Source: Planctomycetota bacterium (GTDB taxonomy: Bacteria; Planctomycetota; UBA1135; UBA2386). From it: a stretch of 64,000 nt of DNA. A program made the translations under genes and the position numbers. Under the pieces are notes generated by a model. The model was given only the letters and a program-made list of their open reading frames with translations. It was not told where the DNA came from and did not search any database. The DNA is taken from positions 2,624,001-2,688,000 of the forward strand of contig OZ245006.1 of the NCBI GenBank assembly GCA_965223545.1, in the 5' to 3' direction. Of this stretch, positions 18,520-28,800 are shown piece by piece (positions within the stretch are counted from its first letter, which is position 1; every line of letters starts with the position of its first letter).

Positions 18520-19497
18520 TTACTGACCGATGGTGAAGCTACCGGCGTTCGACGCGATCCAGCCGGTGGTGTCGAAGTTGAACCACTGGTTGTAGAGCGT
18601 CTTGCCGAGCAGGTTGGCCTGGTTGGGGACCGACAGCGGCCAGTTGGCCGTGCCGTCCGCACTCGTCAGCGGCACACCCGGGATCGGCAGGAAGAGCTCA
18701 CCCGAGACCAAGAAGTTGCAGCCGGCCGGGCTGACCGGGCTCTGGAAGGGCAACGGCAGACCGAGCCAAGTGGTGTTGGAGGCGCCGAGCATCAGCACGC
18801 CGGGCTGAGCCGGAGCGGCGTGACGGAGGAGCACCTCGAAGTTGGTGCTGCCCAGGACCGGGGTCTCCTTGTAGGAGATCGCCGGCGTCTGGCGCGCCGT
18901 GCCACGGCTGCAGATCAGCTCCCACGCCGGGAAACCGGCGCCGGTGTAGAAGCCCCAAGCCCGGCCGGAGCCAGCTGGACGGTTGAGCGTGGACAGGGTG
19001 GGGGCGGTGCCGGCCTGCACCATCGCGACTTCCGCGACATTGCGGCCGAGCTGCGAGATCCAGACGTTGCTGCCGGCGGTCACGGCGACCGGCTGATCGA
19101 AATACGCCTCGTACCAGGCAGGCGTGGTCACACCGGGAACGCGCATCGTCGCGCACGCAACCGCGTTGGCGGCCGCCGTGCTGGTGCCCGCACCGCCGCT
19201 GTCCAGGTACAGAGCGCAGGGGACGTAAGCGGTCGAGGTCGAGCTCGAAGCAGCGGTGAAGAGCCGCATCCCGAGGATGACGGTGTCCTGCGACACCTGA
19301 ACACCGAAGGCCCATTCCTGGTTGAGGCGGGAAACGCCTTGCAGAGGGCCGGTGGTGCCGGCGTTGAGGGACTCGCAGATACTGCCGGTGCCCGAGCCGG
19401 CGCAGCCGGCGCCGAACGTATCCCACTCGGGGCTTTGGGCGGAGAGAGAGACTGTCAAGAGGCAGCTCGTCGCTGCCGCCAAGGCGAACTTCAACAT
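18520..19497 (-). CDS. Secreted protein paralogue A (DUF4082-like insert plus shared C-terminal domain)
   Basis: Signal peptide ..SLSA|Q, WYEAYFDQPVAVTAG, ends YNQWFNFDTTGWIASNAGSFTIGQ. Confidence 0.75.
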   Translation of the reverse strand: MLKFALAAATSCLLTVSLSAQSPEWDTFGAGCAGSGTGSICESLNAGTTGPLQGVSRLNQEWAFGVQVSQDTVILGMRLFTAASSSTSTAYVPCALYLDSGGAGTSTAAANAVACATMRVPGVTTPAWYEAYFDQPVAVTAGSNVWISQLGRNVAEVAMVQAGTAPTLSTLNRPAGSGRAWGFYTGAGFPAWELICSRGTARQTPAISYKETPVLGSTNFEVLLRHAAPAQPGVLMLGASNTTWLGLPLPFQSPVSPAGCNFLVSGELFLPIPGVPLTSADGTANWPLSVPNQANLLGKTLYNQWFNFDTTGWIASNAGSFTIGQ

Positions 19498-19769
19498 GAA
19501 GGAGAACTCGTGGGTGATGGTTCGACGTGAAAGAAAGAAGCTGAACCGAGGCGTTCGACACCAGGGCTCCGCATCAGGGTTCCACAGAAAACGTGGAGGG
19601 GGGAGGGGGCGGGAACCTACGACGTGAGCGGGGAGAGTTCCGACAGGGAAAAACGGCCCGGGTCGATGGTCTACCCGCGGCGAGTCTAACCGCAACGGCA
19701 TGCACGCGCGGACCGCTACCCAAACGCCACTGCCCCCCCTCGAGAGAGTGGGGCCGGTGGATCAAATTC

Positions 19770-19792
19770 GCTTCGGCGCATGTGGCCGAAGC
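19770..19792 (-). terminator. Hairpin downstream of paralogue B
   Basis: GCTTCGGC-N7-GCCGAAGC followed by GAATTTG on the minus strand. Confidence 0.4.
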
Positions 19793-19829
19793 CGCGGCGC
19801 GCGCGAGGGCGCGCCGCGAGGCCGAGACA

Positions 19830-20801
19830 TCAGTTCCCGACGGTGAACGTACCGGCGTTGGAGGCGTGCCAGCCGGTGGTGTCGAAGTTGAACCACTGGT
19901 TGAACAGCGGGACCCCGACCAGCGCGGCGTTGTTCGGCACCGCGATCGGCATGTTGGCCGTGCCCTCGGCGCTCGTCAGCGGCACGCCCGGGATCGGAAG
20001 GAACACCTCACCCGAGACCAGGAAGTTGCATCCCGGCGGGCTGACGGGGCTCTGGAACGGCAAGGGCAGACCCAACCAGGTGGTGTTGGACACGCCGAGC
20101 ATCAGCACACCGGGCTGACCCGGAGCCGCGTGGCGCAGCAACACCTCGAACGTCGAACCGAGGGCCGGCGTCTCGTGGTAGGTGAGCAGCGGGGTCTGCA
20201 GCTCCGTTCCGCGCAGGCAGATGAGCTCCCAGATCGGGTTCTGCACGATGCCGGTGACCGACCAGCCGCCGCCACCACCTGCCGGGCGACGCCACAGCGT
20301 CGGCACGACCGCGGGAGTGCCGGCCAGGACATCGGCGACGTTGACGTTGCCGGAATCGAACTGGGAGATCCAGACGGTGCTACCGGCGGTCACCGCCACG
20401 GGCGTGCTGAAGTAGGCCTCGTACCAGGCCGGCGTCGTGGTTCCCTCGACGCGCATCGTACCCGTCGTGACCGCGCTGGTGGCGGCCGTGGCGGTCGCGG
20501 CGCCGGTGTCGAGGTAGAGGCCACACGTCATGAACGTGGACGTACCGGAGGTGGCGGACGCGGTCCACAGGCGCATGCCCAAGATGACCGTGTCGGCTGT
20601 GATGTTCACGCCGTAGGCGTACTCGTTGGCGAGGTTTTGGATGTTGAGCGGGCCCGTGTTCGCGGTGTTGAACGACTCGCAAACGCTACCGGTGCCGGTG
20701 CCGGCACAACCCGCGCCAAACGTGTTCCACTGCGCCTGCTGCGCGGAGAGAGTGAAGGACAGGAGGCAGCCGGTCGCCGCCACCAAAGCTTGCTTGAGCA
20801 T
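19830..20801 (-). CDS. Secreted protein paralogue B (tandem duplicate of A)
   Basis: Colinear with A; shares FGAGCAG, TTPAWYEAYF, FEVLLRHAAP, GCNFLVSGE, NQWFNFDTTGW. Confidence 0.75.
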   Translation of the reverse strand: MLKQALVAATGCLLSFTLSAQQAQWNTFGAGCAGTGTGSVCESFNTANTGPLNIQNLANEYAYGVNITADTVILGMRLWTASATSGTSTFMTCGLYLDTGAATATAATSAVTTGTMRVEGTTTPAWYEAYFSTPVAVTAGSTVWISQFDSGNVNVADVLAGTPAVVPTLWRRPAGGGGGWSVTGIVQNPIWELICLRGTELQTPLLTYHETPALGSTFEVLLRHAAPGQPGVLMLGVSNTTWLGLPLPFQSPVSPPGCNFLVSGEVFLPIPGVPLTSAEGTANMPIAVPNNAALVGVPLFNQWFNFDTTGWHASNAGTFTVGN

Positions 20802-20931
20802 GGATGAAGGAGAGAAAGGGGGGTGTGGGGAGAGAAAGAAGGGATGGAGCCGACTCCAAAAGTCGCCGAACTCCGACCCCATAGAGTAACAGAATCGTCG
20901 CCGACCAGAACGGTAATGATGCCTCCGGCGA

Positions 20932-23001
20932 CTACGGGAGTTCCCGTCCCAAGCCTCCGAGCAGCGTGTCTTCGCCGTCTGCGGGGTGCTGCTTCGTCGA
21001 ACCGGTGAACGACCCGAAGGCCGCTGCGATGGAGAAGTCCGTCCGCCTGGACCACGCCGGATAGAGCGCGGTACCGACCCCCGGGAGATTGACCGGTTCG
21101 ACGCCACCGATCAAATCGTCGAACGACACGCCCACCAGACAAGGCGACCGGGCCAGAAAGCGATGCACCGCGCCGACGAACGACCGGGACTGCGCGGCGC
21201 CGAACGACAACCCACAGCGACGCATCCCGCGCACCAATGCCGCGCGCGCGCGCGCCCGCTCGGCTCGGTCGACCGGCAGGCCGAGGCGCTCGCGCAGATC
21301 CAGGTCGGCACCGGTCCACCACGCCCACAGCGAGGGGTGGTCGTGGGTGTTGGCGGTCAACAGCGCACCAGGTGAAAAGCGGCGCGGGTCGCGAAAGCCG
21401 CAGCGGTCGCGTTCGAACAAGAGCACGCGCGAGGACAGCACCCCGACCTCCGCCAACCGGCGGGAGAAGCCACGCGGCACGGTGCCGAGATCCTCACCGA
21501 CGATCACGCACTGCCGGGCGCGGCTCTCGGCGGTCACGATGCCGAGCAGCTCGGCCAACGGGTAGCGCACGTAGGCGCCGCGCGCCGGCTCGGCTCCCCG
21601 CGGGATCCAGTACTGCCGCTGCAACCCCATCGCATGGTCGATGCGCAGCATGCCGCCGTGCGCGGACGCCGCGCGCAGCACGGCGCGGAAGTAGCGGTGG
21701 CCATCGGCCGCGGCGCGGTGCGGGTGAGTCGGCGGCACGCCCCACACCTGGCCATCGGCACAGTAGTCGTCGGGCGGCGCCCCCAGACTGACGTCGCAGA
21801 CGAGCGTGCCGGGAAAGGCCCAGGCGTCGAACCCGGACGCCAAGGCACCCAGCGCCAAGTCGTGGTACAGACCGAGGCGCATGCCGAGCGCGCGCGCGCG
21901 CGCGGCGCAGCCGGCGAGTTGGACGTCGAGTGCGAACTGGGCGAACAGCTGGCGATCCACCGCGTCGGCATGCGCTGCGGCAAACTCGGCGACGGCGGCG
22001 GAGGCGGGATCGCGCAGCGGCGCCGGCCACCGCCGCCAGTCGCCAGTGCCGTGCTCGGCGTCCAGCGCGCAGAACACCGCAAAGCGCCACGCCGCGCGGG
22101 CATCGCGGGCGACGAACGCGGCGAACTCCGGGCTGCGGCCGCGACCCGCGCGGAACGCGGGCAAGAGTGCCGCCAGCGCCGCCTCGCGATGCGCTGCAAC
22201 CGCCGGATAGTCGATCCAGGGACCACCGGCTTCCGGTGGCATCGCGAACGCTCCGGCCGGTGCCTCGCCCGCCTCCGGCAACGCGGCCACATCGAGGTAG
22301 GCCGGACTGCGGAACAGCCGGCTGATGCCGCTGTACGGGCTGATCTCCGGCGGCTGGCAGCGCGTCGCGTGCAGTGGATTGAGACCGACGAAGTCGGCGC
22401 CCGCGGAGGCGGCGTGCCCGATCAGCTGGCCGAGCTCGGCGGTCGTCCCGCAGCCGGCCTCGGCGCCGCCCCGCAGCGCGTACAGATTGCACCAAACACC
22501 GAACGCCCGCTCCGGCGGCGCGTGCGCTGCAGCGGGCGCAACGATCAGCGTCTGCGCCCCCGTCCGCACACCGCCGGCGGCGCCGCGCACCTCCGCGTGC
22601 AGCCTGTAGATGCCCGCTGCCAGCGGCGGCAGCAATGCGGGCCGCCCAGGCGCGAGATCGACGCGTGCCTCGGCGCCGTCCTCACCCAGAAGACACAGCT
22701 CACCACCGCGCCGTCGCGGGCCCTGCAGGCGCACCGTGATCGGCGCCGCGGCCGGCGCAACGGCCACCGGCGGCAGCAACCGCTCGCCCGCGGCAGCGTC
22801 CATCTGGCGCAGAGTGGCGGTCGCCTCGCGCTCGGACCGCGCCGGCAACTCCATCGCCGCGAGCAACGCCACCCGTGTGGCGTCGTCGGTGCGCCGCAGG
22901 ACACCGCGCGCATCGACGTAGCCGGCCAGGATGCCGGCGCGCGCGGCCAACCGGCGCAGTGCCGGCCGCGCCCGGCGCGCCACCCCGACCCGACGCGTCA
23001 T
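20932..23001 (-). CDS. malQ: 4-alpha-glucanotransferase (GH77)
   Basis: NPLH, SPYS..SRLF, DLALG, GAPPD...GQ.WG.P, RIDHAMGL, GEDLGTVP, THDHP, NLPG. Confidence 0.9.
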   Translation of the reverse strand: MTRRVGVARRARPALRRLAARAGILAGYVDARGVLRRTDDATRVALLAAMELPARSEREATATLRQMDAAAGERLLPPVAVAPAAAPITVRLQGPRRRGGELCLLGEDGAEARVDLAPGRPALLPPLAAGIYRLHAEVRGAAGGVRTGAQTLIVAPAAAHAPPERAFGVWCNLYALRGGAEAGCGTTAELGQLIGHAASAGADFVGLNPLHATRCQPPEISPYSGISRLFRSPAYLDVAALPEAGEAPAGAFAMPPEAGGPWIDYPAVAAHREAALAALLPAFRAGRGRSPEFAAFVARDARAAWRFAVFCALDAEHGTGDWRRWPAPLRDPASAAVAEFAAAHADAVDRQLFAQFALDVQLAGCAARARALGMRLGLYHDLALGALASGFDAWAFPGTLVCDVSLGAPPDDYCADGQVWGVPPTHPHRAAADGHRYFRAVLRAASAHGGMLRIDHAMGLQRQYWIPRGAEPARGAYVRYPLAELLGIVTAESRARQCVIVGEDLGTVPRGFSRRLAEVGVLSSRVLLFERDRCGFRDPRRFSPGALLTANTHDHPSLWAWWTGADLDLRERLGLPVDRAERARARAALVRGMRRCGLSFGAAQSRSFVGAVHRFLARSPCLVGVSFDDLIGGVEPVNLPGVGTALYPAWSRRTDFSIAAAFGSFTGSTKQHPADGEDTLLGGLGRELP

Positions 23002-23006
23002 CACCG

Positions 23007-24695
23007 CTAGCGCTGGTAGCGCACCACGCTGCCGACGATGGTCGCCTCGACGACGGCGTCGGCGAGCTGCTCGTCGGGCACGGTGAGGATGTCGTGCGAC
23101 AGCACCGCGATATCGGCCAGCATACCAGGCGCGAGCGTGCCCTTGACGTCGTCCTCGAATGCCGCGCTGGCGGCCCACGAGGTGTAGGACTGCAGCGCCT
23201 CACGCCGCGTCATGCACTGCTCGGCGAAGAACGTCCGCCCATCCGCCATGACCCGCGTCGCCGCGGCGCGGAAGCTGGCCAGCGGATCGATGTCCTCGAC
23301 CGGCGCGTCGGTGCCGTTGGTGACCAGCGCTCCGCTGTCGATCAGCGTGCGCCACATGTAGGCCCCGCTGCGCGCCCGCTCCTCGCCCAACCTCGCGATC
23401 ACGTACGGCGCATCGGAGGTGCAGTGCACGGCCTGCATCGACGCGATCACTCCGAGCGGGGCAAACCGCGCCAGGTCGTCGGGATGCACGTGCTGGGTGT
23501 GCTCGACGCGCCAGCGCAGGCCGGCCAGCTGCGGACCCGCCACGCGTTCGAACAGATCCAGCACCTCGCGATTGGCGCGGTCACCGATCGCGTGCACGCA
23601 CATCTGGAAGCCGTGCCGCAACGCCAGCTGCGCGGTCTCGGTGACACTCTCGACCGACGCCGTGGCGAGCCCCGTGCTGTCCGGCGCATCGGCATACGGT
23701 TCCAACAACCAGGCGCCGCGCGGCCCCAAGGCGCCGTCGATCGACCGCTTCAGCGCCCGCACGGTGAGGAAGTGGTTGCCGATTCCGACCATCCGGTAGC
23801 GCGGCAGACGCTGCGCCAGCCGCTGGTTGCTCTCCCGGATCATGACCCACAACCGCACGTCGAGCTCGCCGCGCAGCGCGAGATCGCGCATCACATCGAC
23901 TTCGGCGAAGCTCGAGCCGGCATCCTGAAAACTGGTCACGCCGTTGGCCAGACACTCGCGCTCGGCGAGCTCGATGGCGTGCTCGATCCGCGCCCGGCGC
24001 GCCGCCGGGTCGCGCCGCACGTCGGCCCCGCGCACGATGGCGCCGACCAGGCCCTGCGCGCGTTCGCTCAACACCCCGATCGGCTGCCCGCTCTCGTCGT
24101 GCAGGATCTCACCGCCCTCGGGGGACTCGGTGCCGGCGTCGATCCCCGCCAGCTGCATCGCCTTTTGGTTGACGAAGCAGGCGTGGCCGCTGGCGTGCAC
24201 CAGGCGCACCGGGTTGTCGGGGGACACGGCGCTGAGCGCGTCGTGCCGGGGAAAGCCCGCGACCGCATCGGGCGGTGGCTCCACCCACTTCTCCTGGTGC
24301 CAGCCCCGCCCCAGAATCCACGCCCCCGGCTCGGCCTCGCGCGCCGCGGCGGCGACCATCGCCACGATCTCGTCCCACGAATCGACGGTCATCAAGTCGA
24401 GCACCTGCAGGGCCTCGCCGATGCCGGTGAAGTGGGCGTGCCCCTCGATGAAGCCGGGAACCGCGGTGCGCCCCTCGAGCTCGAGCACCCGTGTGCGGGC
24501 ACCGATCCACCGCTCGATGTCGGCGTCGCTGCCCAGCGCGACGACGCGGTCTCCGACCGCGGCCAACGCCTCGACCTCGCCGAAGCGATCGTCCACGGTG
24601 ACGATCTTGCCACCACGCAGCACCAGGTCCGCGGATCCCTGGGCCCCGACCGCGCCGCCGAGCGCCAACACCAAGAGACAGAAGGGCGATCTCAT
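23007..24695 (-). CDS. Secreted amidohydrolase (YtcJ/Amidohydro_3 family)
   Basis: PGFIEGHAH, DGALG.RGA, HAIGD.AN, RVEH.Q, GTDAPVE, G.LADIAVL. Confidence 0.9.
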   Translation of the reverse strand: MRSPFCLLVLALGGAVGAQGSADLVLRGGKIVTVDDRFGEVEALAAVGDRVVALGSDADIERWIGARTRVLELEGRTAVPGFIEGHAHFTGIGEALQVLDLMTVDSWDEIVAMVAAAAREAEPGAWILGRGWHQEKWVEPPPDAVAGFPRHDALSAVSPDNPVRLVHASGHACFVNQKAMQLAGIDAGTESPEGGEILHDESGQPIGVLSERAQGLVGAIVRGADVRRDPAARRARIEHAIELAERECLANGVTSFQDAGSSFAEVDVMRDLALRGELDVRLWVMIRESNQRLAQRLPRYRMVGIGNHFLTVRALKRSIDGALGPRGAWLLEPYADAPDSTGLATASVESVTETAQLALRHGFQMCVHAIGDRANREVLDLFERVAGPQLAGLRWRVEHTQHVHPDDLARFAPLGVIASMQAVHCTSDAPYVIARLGEERARSGAYMWRTLIDSGALVTNGTDAPVEDIDPLASFRAAATRVMADGRTFFAEQCMTRREALQSYTSWAASAAFEDDVKGTLAPGMLADIAVLSHDILTVPDEQLADAVVEATIVGSVVRYQR

Positions 24696-24764
24696 GAGCG
24701 CAGCGTAAGCTCACGCCCTCGCGCGCGCCCACGTTTCCAGGGCCAAGCGCGGTATCCTGCGACC

Positions 24765-25859
24765 ATGCGCACCCGTCTCCGCCGCAAGCTGTTGGCCGCC
24801 GCCATCGGCATCGGCATGGCCCTGCTCGCGGTGGAGGGCGCACTGCGCCTGGCCGGCGTGGCGCCGCCCGGCTTCCAGCCGTATCCGCGCACTCACGTGC
24901 GGGGTCTGTTCGTCGCCCGCGACGACGACCGGGGCTACGGCTACCAGCCGTCGTTCTCCTGCGAGGTGCAACGCGCCGGGCGGACCACGACCGTGACCAC
25001 CAACGCCGACGGTTTCCGCGACCGATCGTTCGACGACCAGCCAGCGGCAGCTCGCCGGATCCTGACCGTCGGTTGCTCGCTCACTGCCGGCTGGGGCCTC
25101 GAGGCCGAGGAGAGCTGGCCGCGGCAGCTCGAGCACGCGCTGAACGAGGCCGCGCCCGAGCGACCGGCGCGCGTCTTCAATGCCGGAGTCACCGGCTACA
25201 ACATGCGACAGGCGCGGCGCACGGCAGAGCAGCTGCTCGACCGAGTGCGGCCGGAGGTCGTCGTGATGGGGCTGTACCCCATGGGCTACGACCGATTGGC
25301 AATGCCGTTCACCGTGTACGAGGGGTACCTGGTGCGGGATGCCCAGGTTCCACGGCTGCGGCTCGAAGACGACGGTTTCTTTCAGTCCCTGTTCCGCGGG
25401 TCGGCGATGCAGAGCATCGACCACGCGATGCACCGCTGGTGCTGGATCGGCGCCTTCGCGCTGCGCGCGGCCGGCAACGCCAAGCGCGCCGCCTTCGAGG
25501 AGCGCCGCGGCCCGGACCTGTCGCGCGACGCCGTCGCCGCCAACCTGGCACCGCTCCACGACGAGGCCGGAGCGCTCGCCGCGGCGTGCGCGGCGCGCGG
25601 CATCCGGTTCGCGGCGCTGATCATCGCGATCCAGGAGGACGACGGCAGCTACAGCGACTTCCAGCATCTTCTGGACGAGCTGACCGTGGACTACTGCCAC
25701 GGCCGCGCGCTGCTGCACGTGCCGACCCTGTCGGCGTTCGCCGCGGAGGCCGGCGGCGCGCCGCTGTTCAAGCTGCCCGGCGACCTCCATTGGTCGGCGC
25801 GCGCCCACCGTCGGGGCGCCGAGCTGATGGCTGCGGCGCTGCACGCCAACGGCCAATGA
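24765..25859 (+). CDS. SGNH/GDSL hydrolase-family protein
   Basis: E..LR anchor, N.DGFRD, GCSLT.G, NAGV.GY, D.HW..H; C-terminal part of ORF 22875..25859. Confidence 0.8.
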   Translation: MRTRLRRKLLAAAIGIGMALLAVEGALRLAGVAPPGFQPYPRTHVRGLFVARDDDRGYGYQPSFSCEVQRAGRTTTVTTNADGFRDRSFDDQPAAARRILTVGCSLTAGWGLEAEESWPRQLEHALNEAAPERPARVFNAGVTGYNMRQARRTAEQLLDRVRPEVVVMGLYPMGYDRLAMPFTVYEGYLVRDAQVPRLRLEDDGFFQSLFRGSAMQSIDHAMHRWCWIGAFALRAAGNAKRAAFEERRGPDLSRDAVAANLAPLHDEAGALAAACAARGIRFAALIIAIQEDDGSYSDFQHLLDELTVDYCHGRALLHVPTLSAFAAEAGGAPLFKLPGDLHWSARAHRRGAELMAAALHANGQ

Positions 25860-25887
25860 CGACGGCCGTTTGCCGGACGCGCCGGCG

Positions 25888-28800
25888 TCAGGGCAGCTCT
25901 TCGGCGACGGCCGCGTCCTCGCCGTCGGCGGCAAAGCCGCCGAGATCGAACACCAACTTCTTGTAGTTGCGCACATCGAGCACCGACACGCTCTGCACGG
26001 TGCGCAGCGCGGCCAGCTCGCGGCTGACCTCGCCATGGTTGGCGAACACCTCTCGCGCGACCGTGCCGGCGGACTCGCCTGGCGACTGCCCGGGCGGCAG
26101 CGCATCCCACGCGTCGATCGTCCGGCGCGCGCGCGAGCCGCGGCGCCGGTAGTCTCGCTCGAAGCCCGCCCGCGCGCGTCGACTCAGACGACGGTCGGCG
26201 TGCCTCGCCGCCAACCAGCGCGCCACCACCGACTGCCGCCAGAACGCGATCCGCGCCCGCAGCCCCTCGAGGAAGATGGTGAGGGCGGAAACCCCGCGGC
26301 TCTCGAACACCGCGAGCCGGTTCTCGAACCATTCCTCCGCCGTCAGCAGTGTCCGCAGCTGCTGGCGATCGGTGACGTAGGCGATGGTGACCGCGCGCTC
26401 TCCCAGCCGCCGCGCCAACGGATCGTCCTGGTCATCCAGGAGCGGTAACGCGCGCAGCCGCACGTGCCCGGCTTCGACCAGCCGCCGCATCCGCTCGGCC
26501 CGCGCCAACAGCTGCTGGCGCTCGGCGGCGTCCAGCCGCAGGAACGCGATGTCGCGATCGAGCTCGGCGTGCTCCTCGAGCACTCCGTCCCCCGTCCAAC
26601 CGATCGGCGCACCGCAGTACGCGGGGTCGAACTCGACCCGGGTGCGCATCGCCTCCAGCAGGCCGGGAGCGCGCATGCGGTGGATCTTGCGCAGCGCCAC
26701 CGCGAAGGGGGCGCGGCCGGAGAGCCGCGTCGCGCGTACCGACGCCGGCACCATGATCTCGCGCACGATCTCCACCGTCTTCAGCACGCCCAGTCGCAGC
26801 AGCTTGCACACGGCCCAGAGCCAATAGAACGGCAGCAGCAGGATCCGACCGCTCGACAATCGACGCTGGTAGAAGCGGTAGAAGTTGATGGTGCGCTGCT
26901 CGCGCGGCAAACGGTCGAGCGGCTTGGTACCGAAGATTTCGCGCACCATGCGCTGCCGGTCGGCAATCAGCAGGTCGCGGACCTCGTCACCGAACTCGGC
27001 GGCGAGATACGCGTCGCGTTCGGCGTCGACGCTGGTGAAGTCGAGCGCGTTGAACTCGGTCGTCGTGTAGCCCTCGCCGTGACCAGGCACCTCGACCTTC
27101 TCCAAGATCCGACCGGACAGCTGCGCCCTCCGCTTGGCCACCCACAGGTCCATGCGGGCGCCGACCTCGGGCGGCCGCTTGGCGCGCTGCACCTTGGTGA
27201 CGCAGTGCTGATTGTAGTCGATCACCCGCTTGGCGCTCTCCAGAGCGAGGCTCTCGGTGATGCACCGAAACCACAAGAACGGTCCACCCAGCACCGGGCC
27301 GTCCTCCAGCGCCAGGCGGCGCAAACGCCGGATCGCCCGCTTGCCGTGCCGGAGGTGCTCGTTGCGGATGTTCTGCAGCGACAGGTTGGCGAGCAGCTGT
27401 TGCGCCGTGCTGACGTCGCTCTGGTGCAGGATGCCGCCGTCGAGGTAGTGCACGTACAGGAGGGCGACGCGGTAGGCGTCCTGCCGCACGTTGGCCGGCA
27501 GGGCGGACACCGGACCGAGGCGGCCGCGCCGGATCGCCATCACCTGGCTGGCCAGCGCCCATTGGGCCTCCTCCGACGGCATCTCCCAGCGGAAGACGCG
27601 CCGCGCGAGAAACGCGACGTCGACGTCCTCGTCGCGCCGCTTGAGCAGGTCCAGCAATCCGATGAAGTGCGCCTCGGCGGTGCGCGTCAGCGTCTCCGAG
27701 GCTTCGCCTGCCAACCGCTTCAGCCACCGGCCGAGCGTCAGCAGAACCAGGCAGATGGCACCGAGCACGATCAGCGGAGTCGCCACGAAGCGCTCGAGAA
27801 ACCGACCCGCCATGGTGTCTTCGCCGACCACGAGCCGCACGGCGACGAACAGGCCACCGAACAGCAAGAGGCGCACTGCCGGCCGCTTGCTGGCATTCAC
27901 CATCGCGGTGGCGACTCGGTCGAGGATCTGCGGCCCGGTGAGGATGCCGTGCAGGTCGGCGACGAACAGCGCGCGCTCGCGCCACGTTGCCAAGCGGTGG
28001 GCGACGCGCCGGCCGAGCTGGACCACGCGATCCTCCGGCGTCGTCCCGGGACGACCGCTGCGCAGCTTGCGCAAGAACGGCAGCCGGCGCACCACCGAGC
28101 TGTTGATCACCTTGGCGACGCGGTCGAGGGCGTCGATGTCCCGGCGCGCCAGCCAGTGCGACAGCTCGTCCGGCCGCAGATCGTTGAGCAGGTCGAGAAC
28201 GCGCTCGACCGGCACGTCGCGGCCATCCGGCCGCGCGCCGCGCACCCGCAGCGACTCGACGGCCCCCGGCTCCGGACCGTCGTCGGCAGCGGTGGCCGCG
28301 TAGGCATCGTGCAAGCGCTCGGCGCGCTGCACGAGCACGGCGCCACGCTCGCCGCGCGGCACTTCGGCGAGCAGCACGTGCTCGCGCCGGAGCGCGCGGA
28401 ACAACAGGCTCCGCCGCGAGCGGCCAACGCTGGGTTCGGCGCCGACCTCGGCGTCGCGCTCGAAGAACACAAAGTCGCGGTTGAGCAACCACGAGAACCG
28501 GGCGACGAGGAAATCGAGGCCGCGCACCATCAGCAAGCCGACACGCAGCAACCGCAGCGCCGGCCGGAGTGCGTTGATGTAGCGCGCGAAGTAGGCGACC
28601 CGCATCAGCCGCAGCAGCCGCACCCAGATCGTGTCGCTGGGTGCCGGCATGTGCGGCACGTTCAAGAACAGCAGCGCCGCCGGCAGGGCGGGCAACAAGT
28701 CGGTGAGCGCGTTGCGCAAGAACCACGACAAGCGCGCGGGAGCCAGCGCCAGCTTGAAGAAGAACTCGGCGACGAAGAACGCGCAGACCGCGATGTCGAT

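Noticed and set aside
22875..24764. N-terminal 630 aa of the 994-aa ORF
   Set aside because: Antisense to the amidohydrolase; the real SGNH gene starts at 24765
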